NCBI RefSeq assembly: GCF_030028105.1 | Contig: NC_092377.1 | Location: 72,632,569 to 72,696,568 of the forward strand | Reading direction: 5' to 3' | DNA from: Mobula birostris | Taxonomy: Eukaryota | Length of the DNA: 64,000 nt | Part shown: positions 38,306-51,529 of the stretch, piece after piece | Position numbering within the stretch: position 1 is the stretch's first letter | Layout: the number at the start of each line of letters is the position of its first letter | The notes under the pieces: model-generated | The model's database searches: none | What the model saw: only the letters and a program-made list of their open reading frames with translations | Told to the model about the DNA's origin: nothing | Translations under genes and position numbers: made by a program

Positions 38306-39671
38306 AAAACACTTGAGTTTATGAAAACTGGCATAGGAAATTTTCCTACCAAATCCGGGTTATTGTATTTTCTGTTCATGTAAGTTAGAGCTGCTGAATG
38401 TTGTATTGACTGTAGGAGGCAAAATAACAAGGAGTAGCAGCTGTATCAGCCATAAGATTAATATTAGACATGATCTTCATTAGGCTCACGTCGTTCCGGT
38501 GGTGCCCATCACAAGGCACTTCTGGGACACCATGGTTCCATGCTGTTAATACGAGTCCTGCAGAAATACATACTTAGATCCTTGGAAGCCTTCATTCTTT
38601 CATTTAACACTCTCCCCCATCCCTGCCTGCCCTCCCAAATCGACAACAGCTGTCTTGCTGCCTTGGCACCATGCCAACTCATCCTTCAGCAAGCGCTGGA
38701 ATGTCTGGACTTCAGAAATGATAATTCACCTGCTCAGGCCTAAGAATGTGGATTCCATGAGACGCGATACCCTCAGCTTTGAAACATTCAACTTCAACCT
38801 ATTGAAAATTGTATTTGAGACATTTGAAAATATAGATCACCAGAGCAAGATCCTAATATGACATCAGAGGATCTGTAATTAAGCAAACTAACCTTAACCT
38901 TGAAATAAGTTTAGGTAATGTTAAAAATAAATAATTAAAACATATGGTTAAAAGCACATTAAGCATTAAATTCATTAAAATTAAATATGCTTTTAGAATA
39001 AGTGAAACATTTACCTTTCTCAGTCGGCTTGATGATTCCATTCAATTGACTTACCATCTGTAAATCAGCCCTCTCGTGCACAAGGTGGGATGTAAAATGC
39101 GACCTCACTATATTCTCAGGGAATTAGTGCTGAATCCACTCAGCAGCAGGCTGGCCAAGCATATACTCCAGGAAATTATGTCCTTTATATCCTGGATACT
39201 TAGTTCTGCATTTCTGGAAATCCAGGGTGCTCTGGGCTACTAATAGCATAAAACCAGCTGCTCGTCTTTTGACAAGTAGCACAACAATACAAGAAAATGT
39301 GATTGAACTACTTGGGAAGCTAGGTCACATTTCTTGAAAAATCAACAAACAGTGTATATTTCAAAGATCCTCCTAAAGGGTGGATTGGGGACTGGGTGCA
39401 GAGAATAATTTCTGGTTAGTTCAACAGCTAGGTTCAAAAGCTGCATTAGAACCAATCCCAGACAAGTTGGGCACTGGACATCCACTCCCAATCTGGTATG
39501 GTTTACGCCTGTCATTGACCTGAGAAGGAGGTGCATTCGAAAAATGAATGAATTTGAGAAATACTACCGCTTTAAGAGTTGTAGTTTTGACTGACACCAA
39601 TATGGTTAACAAGATCAATCTCAACACAGCAAAAACTTTTCTTTAAATTGTCCTGGTGAGGTTGAGATAGC

Positions 39672-42368
39672 GTGCTAATCGGCCACCACTCCCTAGCATA
39701 CTCCTGGATAACGTTCAGTCCCTGGACAACAAGCTGTGCGAGCTGAGAGCAAGAATCTCCTGTCAGTGGGAAACAAAGGAATGTAACGTTTTGTGCTTTG
39801 TGGAGATCTGGCTGATGGAGGAGATACTGAATCATGCCATTGAGCCCTCTGGGTTCGCCCTGTTCCGAGAGGACAGGTCAAAAAACCTCTCTGGGAAGAG
39901 TAAAAGAAGTAGGGTATGCTTCCTGGTCAATAATGCTTGGTGCGACCCCTGGAATGTGCATGCTCTCAAATCCTTTCGTTCCCCGGATCTGGAGTACCTT
40001 GTGCTGCTGTGTAGACCTTTCTGGCTGCTGAGGGAGTTCACGGCTGTTATCATCACAGCAGTGTATATTCTGCTGCAGGCTGATACTGACCTGGTTCTCA
40101 AGGAACTCTACAAGGTCATCAGCACCCTGGAGACTGTTTTCCCAAAGGCTGCCTTTATTGTGGCCGGAGACTTTAATGGAGCGTTGCCATCTAAAGTCTC
40201 TCCGAAGTTTTGTCAACGCACCCAGGTGAGCACACGGGGAGATAGCATACTTAGTCACTGCTACTCTCCCTTCTGCAATGCTTACAAAGCGTTCCTCCGC
40301 CCGCCATTTGGAATGTCAGATCACTCTTCCATCTTGCTTTGGCCAATGTACAGTCAGAGGTGGAAACAGGAGGCGGCCATATTTAAAACCGTCCACTATT
40401 GTTCTGACCAATCAGCCTCCATGCTACAGGACTGCTTTGATGAAGTCAATTGGAATGCCTTTCATGATGAGGATGTCTCCGAGTTCACGGAAGGGGTCAC
40501 AAACTTCATTGCAGAAGTGCATCGAGGATGTTGTCCCCCAAAAATCGGTCAGGATCTATCCAAACCAGAAACTCCAGATCACCAGTTCCATACATGCAGC
40601 TCTTAGCGCGTGAGACAGAGCCTTCACTGCCGGTAACCACCAGGAACTCAAGAAGTGCAGCTACGATCTATGATCTATTATCAAGGCAGCGAAGCAATAC
40701 GGGGACAAGATCCAGACACAACTCTCCACCAACAGCACACACAGCTTATGGCAAGGTCTGCACACCATCGCAGACTTCAAACCTAAACACAGTGGTGCTG
40801 CCAACATTGCTGCCTCTCTCCCTGAGAAGCCAAATCTTTTTTACGCTTGGTCTGAGTCCTTGAGGGGAGTTGCTGAAGCGGTCTGCACCTTGGTCATCTC
40901 CAAGGTTGAAGTACGCAGGCGTTTCCAACGAGTGGATGGTCGTAAGGCTGCGGGACCAGACGGCATCCCGGGGTGGGTACTCAAAATGTGCGTGGCACAA
41001 CTGGCAGGTGTGTTTACAGACATTTTAATCTCTCCCTCTCCCAGTGTAGAGTGCCCTCCTGCTTCAAATTATTCACCATGTTCCTATACCTAAAAAGATC
41101 TGTCTGAACAACAGGCATCCTGTCGCACTCACCTCAATAATAAGGAAATGATTTGAGAGGCTGGTCAAGGACTACATCTGCAACATGCTACCACCCACAC
41201 TGGACCCCTTACAATTTGCCTACCGACACAACTGATTGACAGATGATCAATAGCCACAGCCCTACACACCATCCTTACACATCTGGAGAAGGATGCTTAT
41301 GTGAGAATGCTGATCTTGGACTACAGTTCAGCATTCAACACCATAATTCCCTCCAGACTTGACTAGAAGCATTAGAGACCTCAGCCCTCACCTTGCCTTG
41401 TGCAGCTGGATCCTGGATTTCTTGCAGGTGGTAAGAGTGGGTTCCCTCACCTCTGCCCCTCTGACCCTCAACACAGGTGCCCCTTAGGGCTATGTCCAAA
41501 GCCCCCTCCTCAACTCCCTGTATACCCATGACTGTGTTACCACCCACAGCTCCAATCTGCTAATTAAATTTGCTGATGATACTACATTGATTGGCCTCAT
41601 CTCAAGTAATAATGAGACAGCCTACAGAGAAGTGGTCATCACCCTGACGCAGTGGTGTCAAGAAAACAACCTCTCCCTTAATGTCACAAAAATAAATGAG
41701 CTGGTTGTGGACTACAGCAGGAATGGAGACAGGCTAACTCCTATTGACATCAATGGACCTGGGGTTGAGAGGGTGAACAGCTTTAAGTTCCTCGGCATAC
41801 ACATCACCGAGGATCTCACATGGTCTGTACACACCAGCTATGTGGTGAGAAAAACACAACAGCACCTCTTTTACCTCAGACGGTTGAAGTAGTTTGGTAC
41901 GAGTCCCCAGATCCTAAGAACTTTCTACAGGGGCACAACTGAGAGCATCCTGACTGGCTGCATCACTGCCTGGTATGGGAACTGTACCTCCCTCAATCGC
42001 AGGACTCTGCAGAGAGTGGTGCGGACAGCCCAGCATATCTGTAGATGTGAACTTACCACAACTCAGGATATTTACAGAGACAGGTGCATAAAAAAGGCCC
42101 GAAGGATCACTGGGGACCTGAGTCACCCAACCACAAATTGTTCCAGCTGCTACCATCTGGGAAATGGTACTATAGCATTAAAGCCAGGACCAATAGGCTC
42201 CAGGACAGCTTCTTCCACCAGGCCATCAGACTGATTAATTAACGCTGATACAATTTTATTTCTATGCTATATTGAATGCCCTGTTGTACATACTTTTTTT
42301 TACAAATTACTATAAATTGCACTTTGCACATTTAGACGGAGATGTAACAAAGATTTTTACTCCTCATG
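39672..42368 (+). mobile_element. Rex1/Babar LINE copy 1 (APE plus RT), degenerate
   Basis: [60 protein letters not shown]. Confidence 0.93.
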
Positions 42369-45097
42369 GTCCTAAGATGGGGCTGTGTGCGGCGGCCGTG
42401 TACGAACTCTGTTCCAAATCTACAGTATACTACCAATTTCTACGATTTTCTGTTCAAGTAGGTGATAATCACATCAGAAACGATAGACTGACACTTCTGA
42501 ACATTGGAAAGACAGTATTTACCCACTACGTGCCGCCTTTACACTGGGAACCCCTGCTTGCGTGATCCATGGGAGACTCATGGAAATGAGGGAGAAAGAC
42601 CGGCATACTGGTGGGACTAAGACAGCATGCAAATCGGCCGCTTGCTGTGACCCCCAGAATGTGCATGCCCTCAAATCCTTTTGTTCCCCAGACCTGGAAT
42701 AGCTGGTGCTGCTGTGAAGACCCTACTGGCTTCCTAAGGAGTTCACAGCTGTTATCATCACAGCGGTGTACATTCCACCCAGACTAATACTGACCTGGCT
42801 CTCAAGGAACAGTACAAGACCATCAACATGCTACAGACTTCAGACCCATAGCCTGCCTTCATCATCGCTGGTGACTTTAATCGAGCATCGCTGACGAAAG
42901 TCTCTCCGACGTTTTGTCAGCACATCCAGGTAAGCACTTGTGGAGATAAGATACTTAACCACTGCTACACTCCCTCCCTTCTGCAACACTTATAAAGCTC
43001 TCCTTCGCCTAGCTATTGGAAAATCAGATCACTTTGATCCTGCTTTTGTCGATGTACTGGCAGAAGCTGAAACAAGAGGCAGCCATAGTTAAAACCATCC
43101 ACTGTTGGTCCAGGCAGTGGGTCTCCATGCTGCAGGACTGCTTCGATGATGTCAATTGGAACGTCTTCCATGATGAGAATGTCTCCAAGTTCATTGATGC
43201 AATCACGTGCTTCATCTGGAAGTGCATCGACGATGTTGTCCCCCAGAAGTTGGTCAGAGTCTTCCCGAACCAGAAACGCTGGATCGGTAGTTCTGTGCAA
43301 GCATCACTTACTGTGCGACACAGAGTTTACACTGCCAGTAATCAACAAGAACTCAAGAAAAGCAGCCACAATCTGCACAAAGCTGTCAAGGCTGTGAAGC
43401 AACAATACAGGGTCAAGATTAAGTCAAGATTCTCAACGAATAGCACACGTGACTTGTGGCAGGGCTGCACACCGTCGCAGACTTCAAAGCCAAACATTGT
43501 TGTGCCGCCAACATCGCGGCTTCTCTCCCAGATAAGCTCAATTTCTTTAATACTCGGTTCGATGTCGCTAACTCTGAGCCTCCGAGGACAGCCGCCATTA
43601 CAACCTGGTCATCTCTGAGTCTGAGGTACGCAGAAGTTTCCAACGAATAGACAGTTGCAAGGCTGTGGGTCCGGATAGCGTTCCAGAGTGAGTACTCAGG
43701 ATGTATGCACACAACTGGCAGGTGTGTTTACTGATAATTTTAATCTCTCCCTCTCCCAGTGTAGAGTGCCCTCCTGCTTCAAATTATCCACCATTGTCCC
43801 TCTACCAAAAAAGACCAAGGTAACATGCCTGAACGACTGGTGTCCTGTCCCACTCACCTCAATAATAAGCAAATTCTTTGAGAGGCTAGTCAAGGACTAT
43901 ATCTGCAGCTTGCTACTACCCACACTAGACCCGCTACAATTCACCTACTGACACAGCCGATTGACAGATGACACAGTAGCCAGTGCTCTACATACCGTCC
44001 TTACACATCTGGAGAAGGACACTTTATGTAAGAATGCTGTTCTTGGACTACAGTTCAGCATTGAACACCTTCATTTCATCCAGGTTCGACAGGAAGCTCA
44101 GAGACCTTGGCCTTGACCCTGCCTTGTGCAGCTGGATCCTGGACTTCCTGTCAGATCACCAGTGGGAAGAATGGGCTCCCTCACCTCCACACCTCTGACT
44201 CTCAACACAGGAGCCCCTCAGTCCCCTCCTTTATTCCCTGTGTACCTATGACTGTGTTGCCACCCACAGCTCTAATCTGCTAATTATATTTGCCAACTGC
44301 ACTACATTGATCGGCCTAACCTCAAGCAATAATGAGGTGGCCTACAAGGAAGAAGTCCTCTCTCTGACACAGTGGTGTCAAGAAAACAATCTCTCCCTCA
44401 ATGTCGCAAAAACAAAGGAGCTGGTTGTGGATTACAGGAGGAATGGAGACAGGCTAACCCCTATTGACATCAATGGATCTGGGGTTGAGAGGGTAAACAA
44501 CTTTAAACAGCTCCACATCACCGAGGACCTCACGTGGTCTGTACACAGCAGCTGTGTGGTGAAAAAGGCACAACAGCGCCTCTTTCACCTCAGATGGTTG
44601 AGGAAGTCCTAAGAGTCCTTAGAATTTTCTACAGGGGCACAATTGAGAGCATCCTAACTGGTTGCATCACTGTCTGATACGGGAACCGTACCTCCCTTAA
44701 TCACAGGACTCTGCAGAGAGTGGTGTTGACAGCCCAGCGCATCTGTAGATGTGACCTTCCCACTGTGCAGGACATTTACAAGGACAGGTATGTAAAAAAG
44801 GCCTGAAGGATCACTGGGGACCTGAGTCACCCCAACCACACAATCTATGCCAACTGTTACCATCCTGGAAATGGTATCACAGCATAAAAGCCAGGACCAA
44901 CAGGCTCTGGGACAGCTTTTACCACCAGGCTATAAGACTGATTAACACGCTGACTTGAGTGCATTTCTATGTTACATTGACTGTCCTATTTATTATAAAT
45001 TGCTATGATTGCACATTGCACATTTAGACAGAGATGTAACGTAAAGATTTTTACTCCTCATGTATGTGAAGGATGCAAGAAACAATGTCAATTCAAT
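42369..45097 (+). mobile_element. Rex1/Babar LINE copy 2, with 5' UTR and complete tail, internal deletion near 42645
   Basis: Starts gtcctaagatgggg; N-terminal RNDRLTLLNIG motif; colinear with copy 1; ends aatgtcaattcaat. Confidence 0.92.
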
Positions 45098-45619
45098 ACT
45101 GTATAGCAGTGAGGTTGCTCTTTTGACCCATTACTTCAAGTGTAGCTAACTGAGTTACAATTCATGTATTCTGTTACACGATTGTACCTGCCTTTGGAAA
45201 TTAAAGTACCACCTCGAGTGCTCGTGCGCAACATGTGGCCAATAGTTATTAATAAAATTATTTCATGATAAGCCAGCTTGCTTCACCTTTCTTGCAATTT
45301 ATACAATCAATACTGTGCATATTGATTCATTTAAATGTGCTGAGATTTTGACTAAGAAACTCAAAGAATTTACTTTGGCACAACTGAGGGATATTAGAGC
45401 TGATAATACCTGTCACCATTTGAAGTTTTTTAATAAAAACACAATAAGTAGCTTCTGAGTAGTCTTAAGCTGCAAGTTATGCCAAACTTCTCTGACGTCG
45501 ACACCTTGACCCTTCTTTTCAAGCTTTCTTTTAATTTTGAATAAAATTTCTCAATCACTGAACCAAAAAAATGCATTATATTGTAAAAATAAGTTTGTGA
45601 GCAAACTCAAAAACATTTG

Positions 45620-46050
45620 TAGTGCCGGAGCCTTTGGCTGTCTGTCGTTTGATCAATTTAAGCGCCCGCCCAGATGGACTGAAACAACAGGGTGTTGGGA
45701 TCTGGGGTGAGATCAGATTTTGCTCATTCTCCACGATGGTCACCTCTCTCACTCACTCACTATGGCTACTGTGCTCCATGCCTGCTAATGTGCTGAACTG
45801 ATAAGAGGGGCTTTGGGCCTACTCCAGGCTACTCTGAGGTTTGAATCCGAAGACTCAATTTTTGGTTTGGATAATGTGGTTCTCTTCCATTGTTGCATAA
45901 TTTGTTTTTCTTTTCCCCCTCTTGCATATTGGGTGTCGGTTTTTATTTTTATTTATTTTTCCTTAAATTAGTTCTGTCAGGTTTCTAGCTTTATGACTGC
46001 CTGTGAACAGACAAATCTCAAGATTGTATAATTTGTATATTTTTGGATAA
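45620..46050 (+). mobile_element. Non-coding element with Rex1-type 3' tail
   Basis: Ends gacaaatctcaagattgtataatttgtatatttttggataa, similar to the tail at 34970-35020. Confidence 0.5.
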
Positions 46051-47200
46051 CAGGTTCCAGTGTCAGGTACATCTCGGATTGCATCCACAAAATTTTTGGA
46101 GGGAGAGGGAGATCACCCAGATGTCTTAGTACATATTGGTACCAATGACATAGGAAGGAAAAGTAAAGAGGTCTCGAGGGACAACTTAGAGAGTTAGGCA
46201 GAAAACTGAGAGCTGAAGCAGGAGCTCTAGGGTAGTAATTCCTGGATTGCTACCTGTGCCATGAGCCAGTGAGGGTAGAAACAGGATGATTTGGCAGATA
46301 AATGTGTGGCTGGGAAGCTGGTGCATGGGGCAGGGCTTCAGGTTCCTGGAGCATTGGGATCTCTTCTGGGGGAGGTATGACCTGTTCAAAAGGGATGGCT
46401 TGCACCTGAACCGGAGGAGGAAACAATATTCTCCCGGGCAGGTTTGTAAGAGCTGTTGGGAGGGTTTAAGCTAATTTGGCAGGGGTGTGTGACCCTGAGT
46501 GAAGAGACTCAGGATAGGACGGATGGTTTAAAAAAAAGTGGTTCAGGAAGGACAAGTGGATGGCAGGAAAAGATTGTAGGCTGAGTATCAGTGCATTCGG
46601 TATGCAGAATCACAAAGGGTAGCAAATACAGTACTCAAAGTGTTATATCTCAATGCATGGAGTACAAGAAATAAGGTGGATGATCTTGTTGCACTATTAC
46701 AGATTGTCAGGTATGATGTTGTGGCCATTATTGAATTGTGACTGAAGGATGGTTATAGTTGGGAGCTAAATGTCCAAAGTTACATAATGTATTGGAGATA
46801 CAGGAAGGTAGGCCTGGTGGGGGGGGGGGGGGGGTGGCCCTACTGGTAAAGGATGGCATCAGATCAGTAGAAAGATGTGATATAAGATTGGAAGATGTTG
46901 AATCCTTGTGGGTTGAGTAAAGAAACTGCAAGGGTAAAAGGACCCTGATGGCAGTTATATACATGCCTCCAAACAGTAGCTGGGATGTGGACTACAGATT
47001 ATAACAGGAAACAGAAAAGTCATGTCAAAAAAGCAAAGTTATGACCGTCATGGGAGATTTTCACATGCCAGTCAATTGGGAAATTCAGGTTGGTAATGTA
47101 TCTCAAGAGAGTGAATTTGTTGAATGCCTATGAGTTGCCTTTTTAGAGCAGTTTGTCATTGAACCTACTAGGGGTCAGCTGTACTGGATTGGATGTTACT
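46050..47200 (+). mobile_element. CR1 fragment (ORF1 esterase C-terminus plus APE)
   Basis: HIGTNDIG, FLEHWDLFWGR, DGLHL, YLNA, MGDF. Confidence 0.88.
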
Positions 47201-47221
47201 GATGCTGTTGGCCATTATTGT

Positions 47222-48215
47222 TCCTTTCTTTCTTTCTTTTTAAATCTTTTTATTGAATTAGTACATAAAAGGTAAAACATATAGAAACTAGTACACTGTT
47301 GCAATAGAAATTTACAAGAGATATTAATACATAAAAACAGTAGAAACAGTGCAGTTTAGTTATAAAATAATGAGGTATATAGTAGTATACTAATTTTCCA
47401 TATATATCAATGAGGAGAAGAAAAAAAAACTAAAAACCCACCGTGCAACTAATCTAAAAAGCAAAGCAAAGCAATGGGCTAACTAGGTACCAAGTAGACT
47501 TAAACAATCACATCCTCAAACCCAACCTCCATTAATAACAGTTAAAAACCAAGAAGGGAATGTAAATATGGTCAAAGAGAAAAAAAAAGTTACATTAAAT
47601 GAAAATGTTGAATAAAAGATCTCCAGGACTATTCAAATTTAACTGAAGTATCATAAAGATTACCTCTGATTCTTTTCAAATTTTAACATAGTATCGTTTG
47701 AGAAAACCAAAAAAACGTAGTTGGGGCATTAATCTCCTTCCAATGTTGTAAAATACATCTTTTCGCCATTAAAGTAAGAAATGCAATCATTCTACGGGCT
47801 GAAGGGGAAAGATTACTGGAAGTTTTAGGTAATCCAAAGATAGCAGTAATAGGATGGGGAGAAAGAGATAATATTAAAAATGTCTTTCCAAAAAGTTTTC
47901 CAGAGTAGGACAGGACCAAAACATATGAGTGAAGGAAGCTATCTCCCCATGACATCTATCACAAAGAGGGTCAATATGAGAATAAAAACGAGCTAATTTA
48001 TCTTTAGATATATGTGCTCTATGAACAACTTTAAATTGAATTAGGAAGTACTTGGAACAGATAGAAGAAGTATTGACTAGTTATAAAATATGCGCCCAGT
48101 CATCCGCCAAAATAGTAAAGCCCAATTCTTTTTCCCAATCGGACCTAATCTTATCGAATGGAGCTATCCCAAATTTCATGATAGTATTATACATAATAGT
48201 ATTTTTCCTTATAAA
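47222..48215 (-). mobile_element. L1-clade LINE 3' end
   Basis: Minus strand IQFKVVHR, CDRCHGEIASFTHMFWSCP, AKRCILQHWK; AATAAA and A-rich tail at about 47225-47255. Confidence 0.88.
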
Positions 48216-49250
48216 CATAGAACATAGAACATAGAATAGTACAGCACAGTACAGGCCCTTCGGACCACAATGTTGTGCCGACCTTCAAACCCTGCCTCCC
48301 ATATAAGCCCAACTTAAATTCCTCCATATACCTGTCTAGTAGTCTCTTAAACTTCACTAGTGTATCTGCCTCCACCACTGACTCAGGCAGTGCATTCCAC
48401 GCACCAACTACTCTCTGAGTAAAAAACCTTCCACTAATATCCCCCTTGAACTTCTCACCCCTTACCTTAAAGCCATGTCCTCTTGTATTGAGCAGTGGTG
48501 CCCTGGGGAAGAGGTGCTGGCTATCCACTCTATCTATTCCTCTTATTATCTTGTACACCTCTAACATGTCTCCTCTCATCCTCCTTCTCTCCAGAGAGTA
48601 AAGCCCTAGCTCCCTTAATTTCTGATCATAATCCATACTCTCTAAACCAGGCAGCATCCTGGTAAATCTCCTCTGTACCCTTTCCAATGCTTCCACATCC
48701 TTCCTATAGTGAGGCAACCAGAACTGGACACAGTACTCCAAGTGTGGCCTAACCAGAGTTTTACAGAGCTGCATCATTACATCGCGACTCTTAAACTCTA
48801 TCCCTCGACTTATGAAAGATAACACCCCATAAGCTTTCTTAACTACCCTATCCACCTATGAGGCAACTTTCAGGGATCTGTGACCATGTACCCCCAGATC
48901 CCTCTGCTCCTCCACACTACCAAGTATCCTGCCATTTACTTTGTACTCTGCCTTGGAGTTTGTCCTTCCAAAGTGTACCACCTCACACTTCTCCGGGTTG
49001 AACTCCATCTGCCACTTCTCAGCCCACTTCTGCATCCTATCAATGTCTCTCTGCAATCTTTGACAATCCTCTACACTATCTACAACACCACCAACCTTTG
49101 TGTCGTCTGCAAACTTGCCAACCCACCCTTCTACCCCCACATCCAGGTCGTTAATAAAGATCACGAAAAGTACAGGTCCCAGAACAGATCCTTGTGGGAC
49201 ACCACTAGTCACAATCCTCCAATCTGAATGTACTCCCTCCACCATGACCC
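48216..49250 (-). mobile_element. Young CR1 3' kilobase, same subfamily as 7731-11156
   Basis: Near-identical RT C-terminus (GVPQGSVLGP, FADDTK, RRFTRMLPG) and (TTCTATG)n tail. Confidence 0.95.
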
Positions 49251-49305
49251 AGAAATGTTCATCAGAAATGTTCAGTTTTGAAAATGCCGCTATACTGAGC
49301 CTTAC

Positions 49306-49426
49306 CTCACCGTGTTCAATGCAGTTCAATTTATCTTGCAGATTTTGCAGCACGTTCAATTAACTGGCAGCTTGATCTGCCTCATTCCTGGTTTATCTCT
49401 GTGCCATCTGGCATTCAAAAGCTACA
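49306..49426 (-). other. Putative non-coding exon (121 nt)
   Basis: Acceptor ttgaattttatttcag| and donor GAG|GTAAGG; stops in all three frames; unique sequence wedged between repeats. Confidence 0.4.
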
Positions 49427-50255
49427 CTGAAATAAAATTCAAGTCCGGTTTCTCTCTCTGCAGCTGTTGCTTGGCCTGTTGAGTAGCTCGAGCACTTCTT
49501 ATTTATTTCTAATATCCAGCATCTGCAATATCTTGTTTTTGATCCAGAGATTTAAAAAAATTAAAAGTTAGAGTGACTATAAAGATTTCCAAATTGTATG
49601 TGCACAGTTTGTCCTACTGGGCAAGAACAATCTTGTCATCCACCTCTCCCATTTCAAGGGGAGTGCCGATGTCTCTTCCCTGCAGCCTTGGAAACAGTCC
49701 ATTCATTGTTCTACCACTACAGGGACTTCTCATTTAATGATGAACAGCAGCCCTTAAAGAGTTATTGTCTAGTTGAATTTTATTCTTTCAATATAATGTG
49801 AGCTGACAAGATTTTCCATCACCAGCAGCCATTCAGCTCAACATGAGGGCTATATTATTTAATATAGTCTACACTACAAGCTGCCAAACATGACCTTTTC
49901 TGCCATTCTTACAACATTAGCACTGGCTTGAAAATAAACTGGTTTCCATTGAAGATGCATTTGAGGCTGTAGCTAACTTTTGATTTTGAGGACTGGTGCT
50001 CCTTTCATTTTGTTGAGAAACTTGCAGAGCAGAGATTAAGCCCTACTCATTAGACATGTTCAAGGTACAAAGTACAGATCAGCCATGACCTAACTGAATG
50101 GTGAGCCACAACTGAAGAGCTGAATGGTATCCCCTTGTTCCATAGTTCAAGAAGAGGATCGCTGTTATCCTTCCTTATTTTCAGTGGTGAAAATGAAGGT
50201 TGTGTATACACAGAGTTTCATTTCTAGTGCCTTTCACATCCTCAGGACAAAATTT

Positions 50256-51062
50256 AGAAGGTGGAGCGGAGTGATGATGGAGCTAAACGGCAACTCCTTC
50301 ACTTGCATCTTCAGAAACAACTCTATTTCCATCTTCAGTGTCTTTATTTTTCCCTTTCAGGGTCCTTTTGAAGACCCTGACCTGGAATTACACGCTGACT
50401 ACAGTTCTTTGCGGGAATGGGACCCGCTCTCGGGGTTTCATAACCGGCCATTGTTCTTTTGGCACACCAAAAGCTCGGCCTAGGATCCGGCTTGGATTCG
50501 GAAGCCTATGATCTTGGTGCTCTGGAGACGGGCAGATCAAGTGTCGGTGTTACAACAGGAGACCCGCGTGCCATCAGGGGAGTTGGAATATCTGAGGTTG
50601 TGTGCCCAGCTTTTTGGGCACAGAACTTGAAAAAAGCGACATGGCAGACTATTAACGTTGTAAACCAGCAAGTTGTTTGTTACGTCTCCCTGCCCGCTGG
50701 GAAAACGGAGACACCTCCTTCTCCCTTATCAGGGAGAGAGAGAGAGCCTGTCGTATACCGAGTGAAACGCAAAGTCTCTGGGGTAACTGCATGTCTGTGC
50801 TTTTACTGTTGCTTTGCTTATGCTTGTGTGCTCGGTGGCGGGTGCCAATGTTTTCTTTTTGCCAGTGGGGGAAGGGGAGGTTGTTGCTTGCTGCTGCTTA
50901 CACACGGGAGGGAGGAGAGCTGGGGAGGACTTCAGGGTTCTAACGTATAACTGTCGTTCATTCTTTGGGGCACTCCTCTGTTTTCATGGATGGTTGTGAA
51001 GAAAAAGCATTTCAGGATGTATATTGTATACTTTCCTTTGACATTAAGTTGTACCTTTGAAC
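50256..51062 (+). mobile_element. Non-autonomous, non-coding retroelement (about 800 bp) with Rex1-type tail
   Basis: GC/CpG-richer body, LINE-5'-like start gatgatggagctaaacggc, tail tttcaggatgtatattgtatac...attaagttgtacctttga. Confidence 0.55.
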
Positions 51063-51210
51063 AATTCAAAATACTTTACAGCTGCAAAGTAGTTTTGAAT
51101 TCCATTTCCATGTGAAATAGGAAATGTAATGAACTGTAATGAGCAAATAGATATTATACCAGTTGTCGATTGGGGGAAATAACACTGGCATAACAGACAA
51201 CTCCTCTTGT

Positions 51211-51529
51211 TGTCAGGAAATGTAGACGAGGCTTGATCCAAAAGCAGATCAGCAGAGACAATTTAGCAATGAGTGATCACTTTAGTAATCAACTGCAAAA
51301 TAACAAGCCACAAGAAACCACAAAGCAAGAGAGAGCAGATAGTTAACACAACAATGCAACATAGTAACTGAAGGCTAGGAGCAACTGGTTGAGGCTGGCT
51401 GGTTCCCATGAGTGAAAAAGAATTGTGGATGAGAGCTGGGTTGAAATGCACTGCAGTTGGAAACAAGTGGCAGCTGATGCCTGTTAGCTGGGTGGAGAAT
51501 GGGTGCAATGTGCATCCGCAGGCCTGATA
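51211..51529 (-). repeat. 3' LTR of the chromovirus
   Basis: TGTCAGG...CCTGATA termini with an adjacent polypurine tract. Confidence 0.85.

Noticed and set aside
39055-39057. 3-nt ATG micro-exon on the minus strand (tttacag|ATG|gtaagt)
   Set aside because: No polypyrimidine tract; such motifs occur by chance in 64 kb
48856-49359. 167-aa ORF with a novel N-terminus fused to RT
   Set aside because: Chance read-through from flanking DNA into a truncated CR1; non-ATG start and an early stop
50124-50950. 119-aa and 163-aa ORFs
   Set aside because: No domain recognised; they overlap a GC-richer repeat where chance ORFs are expected
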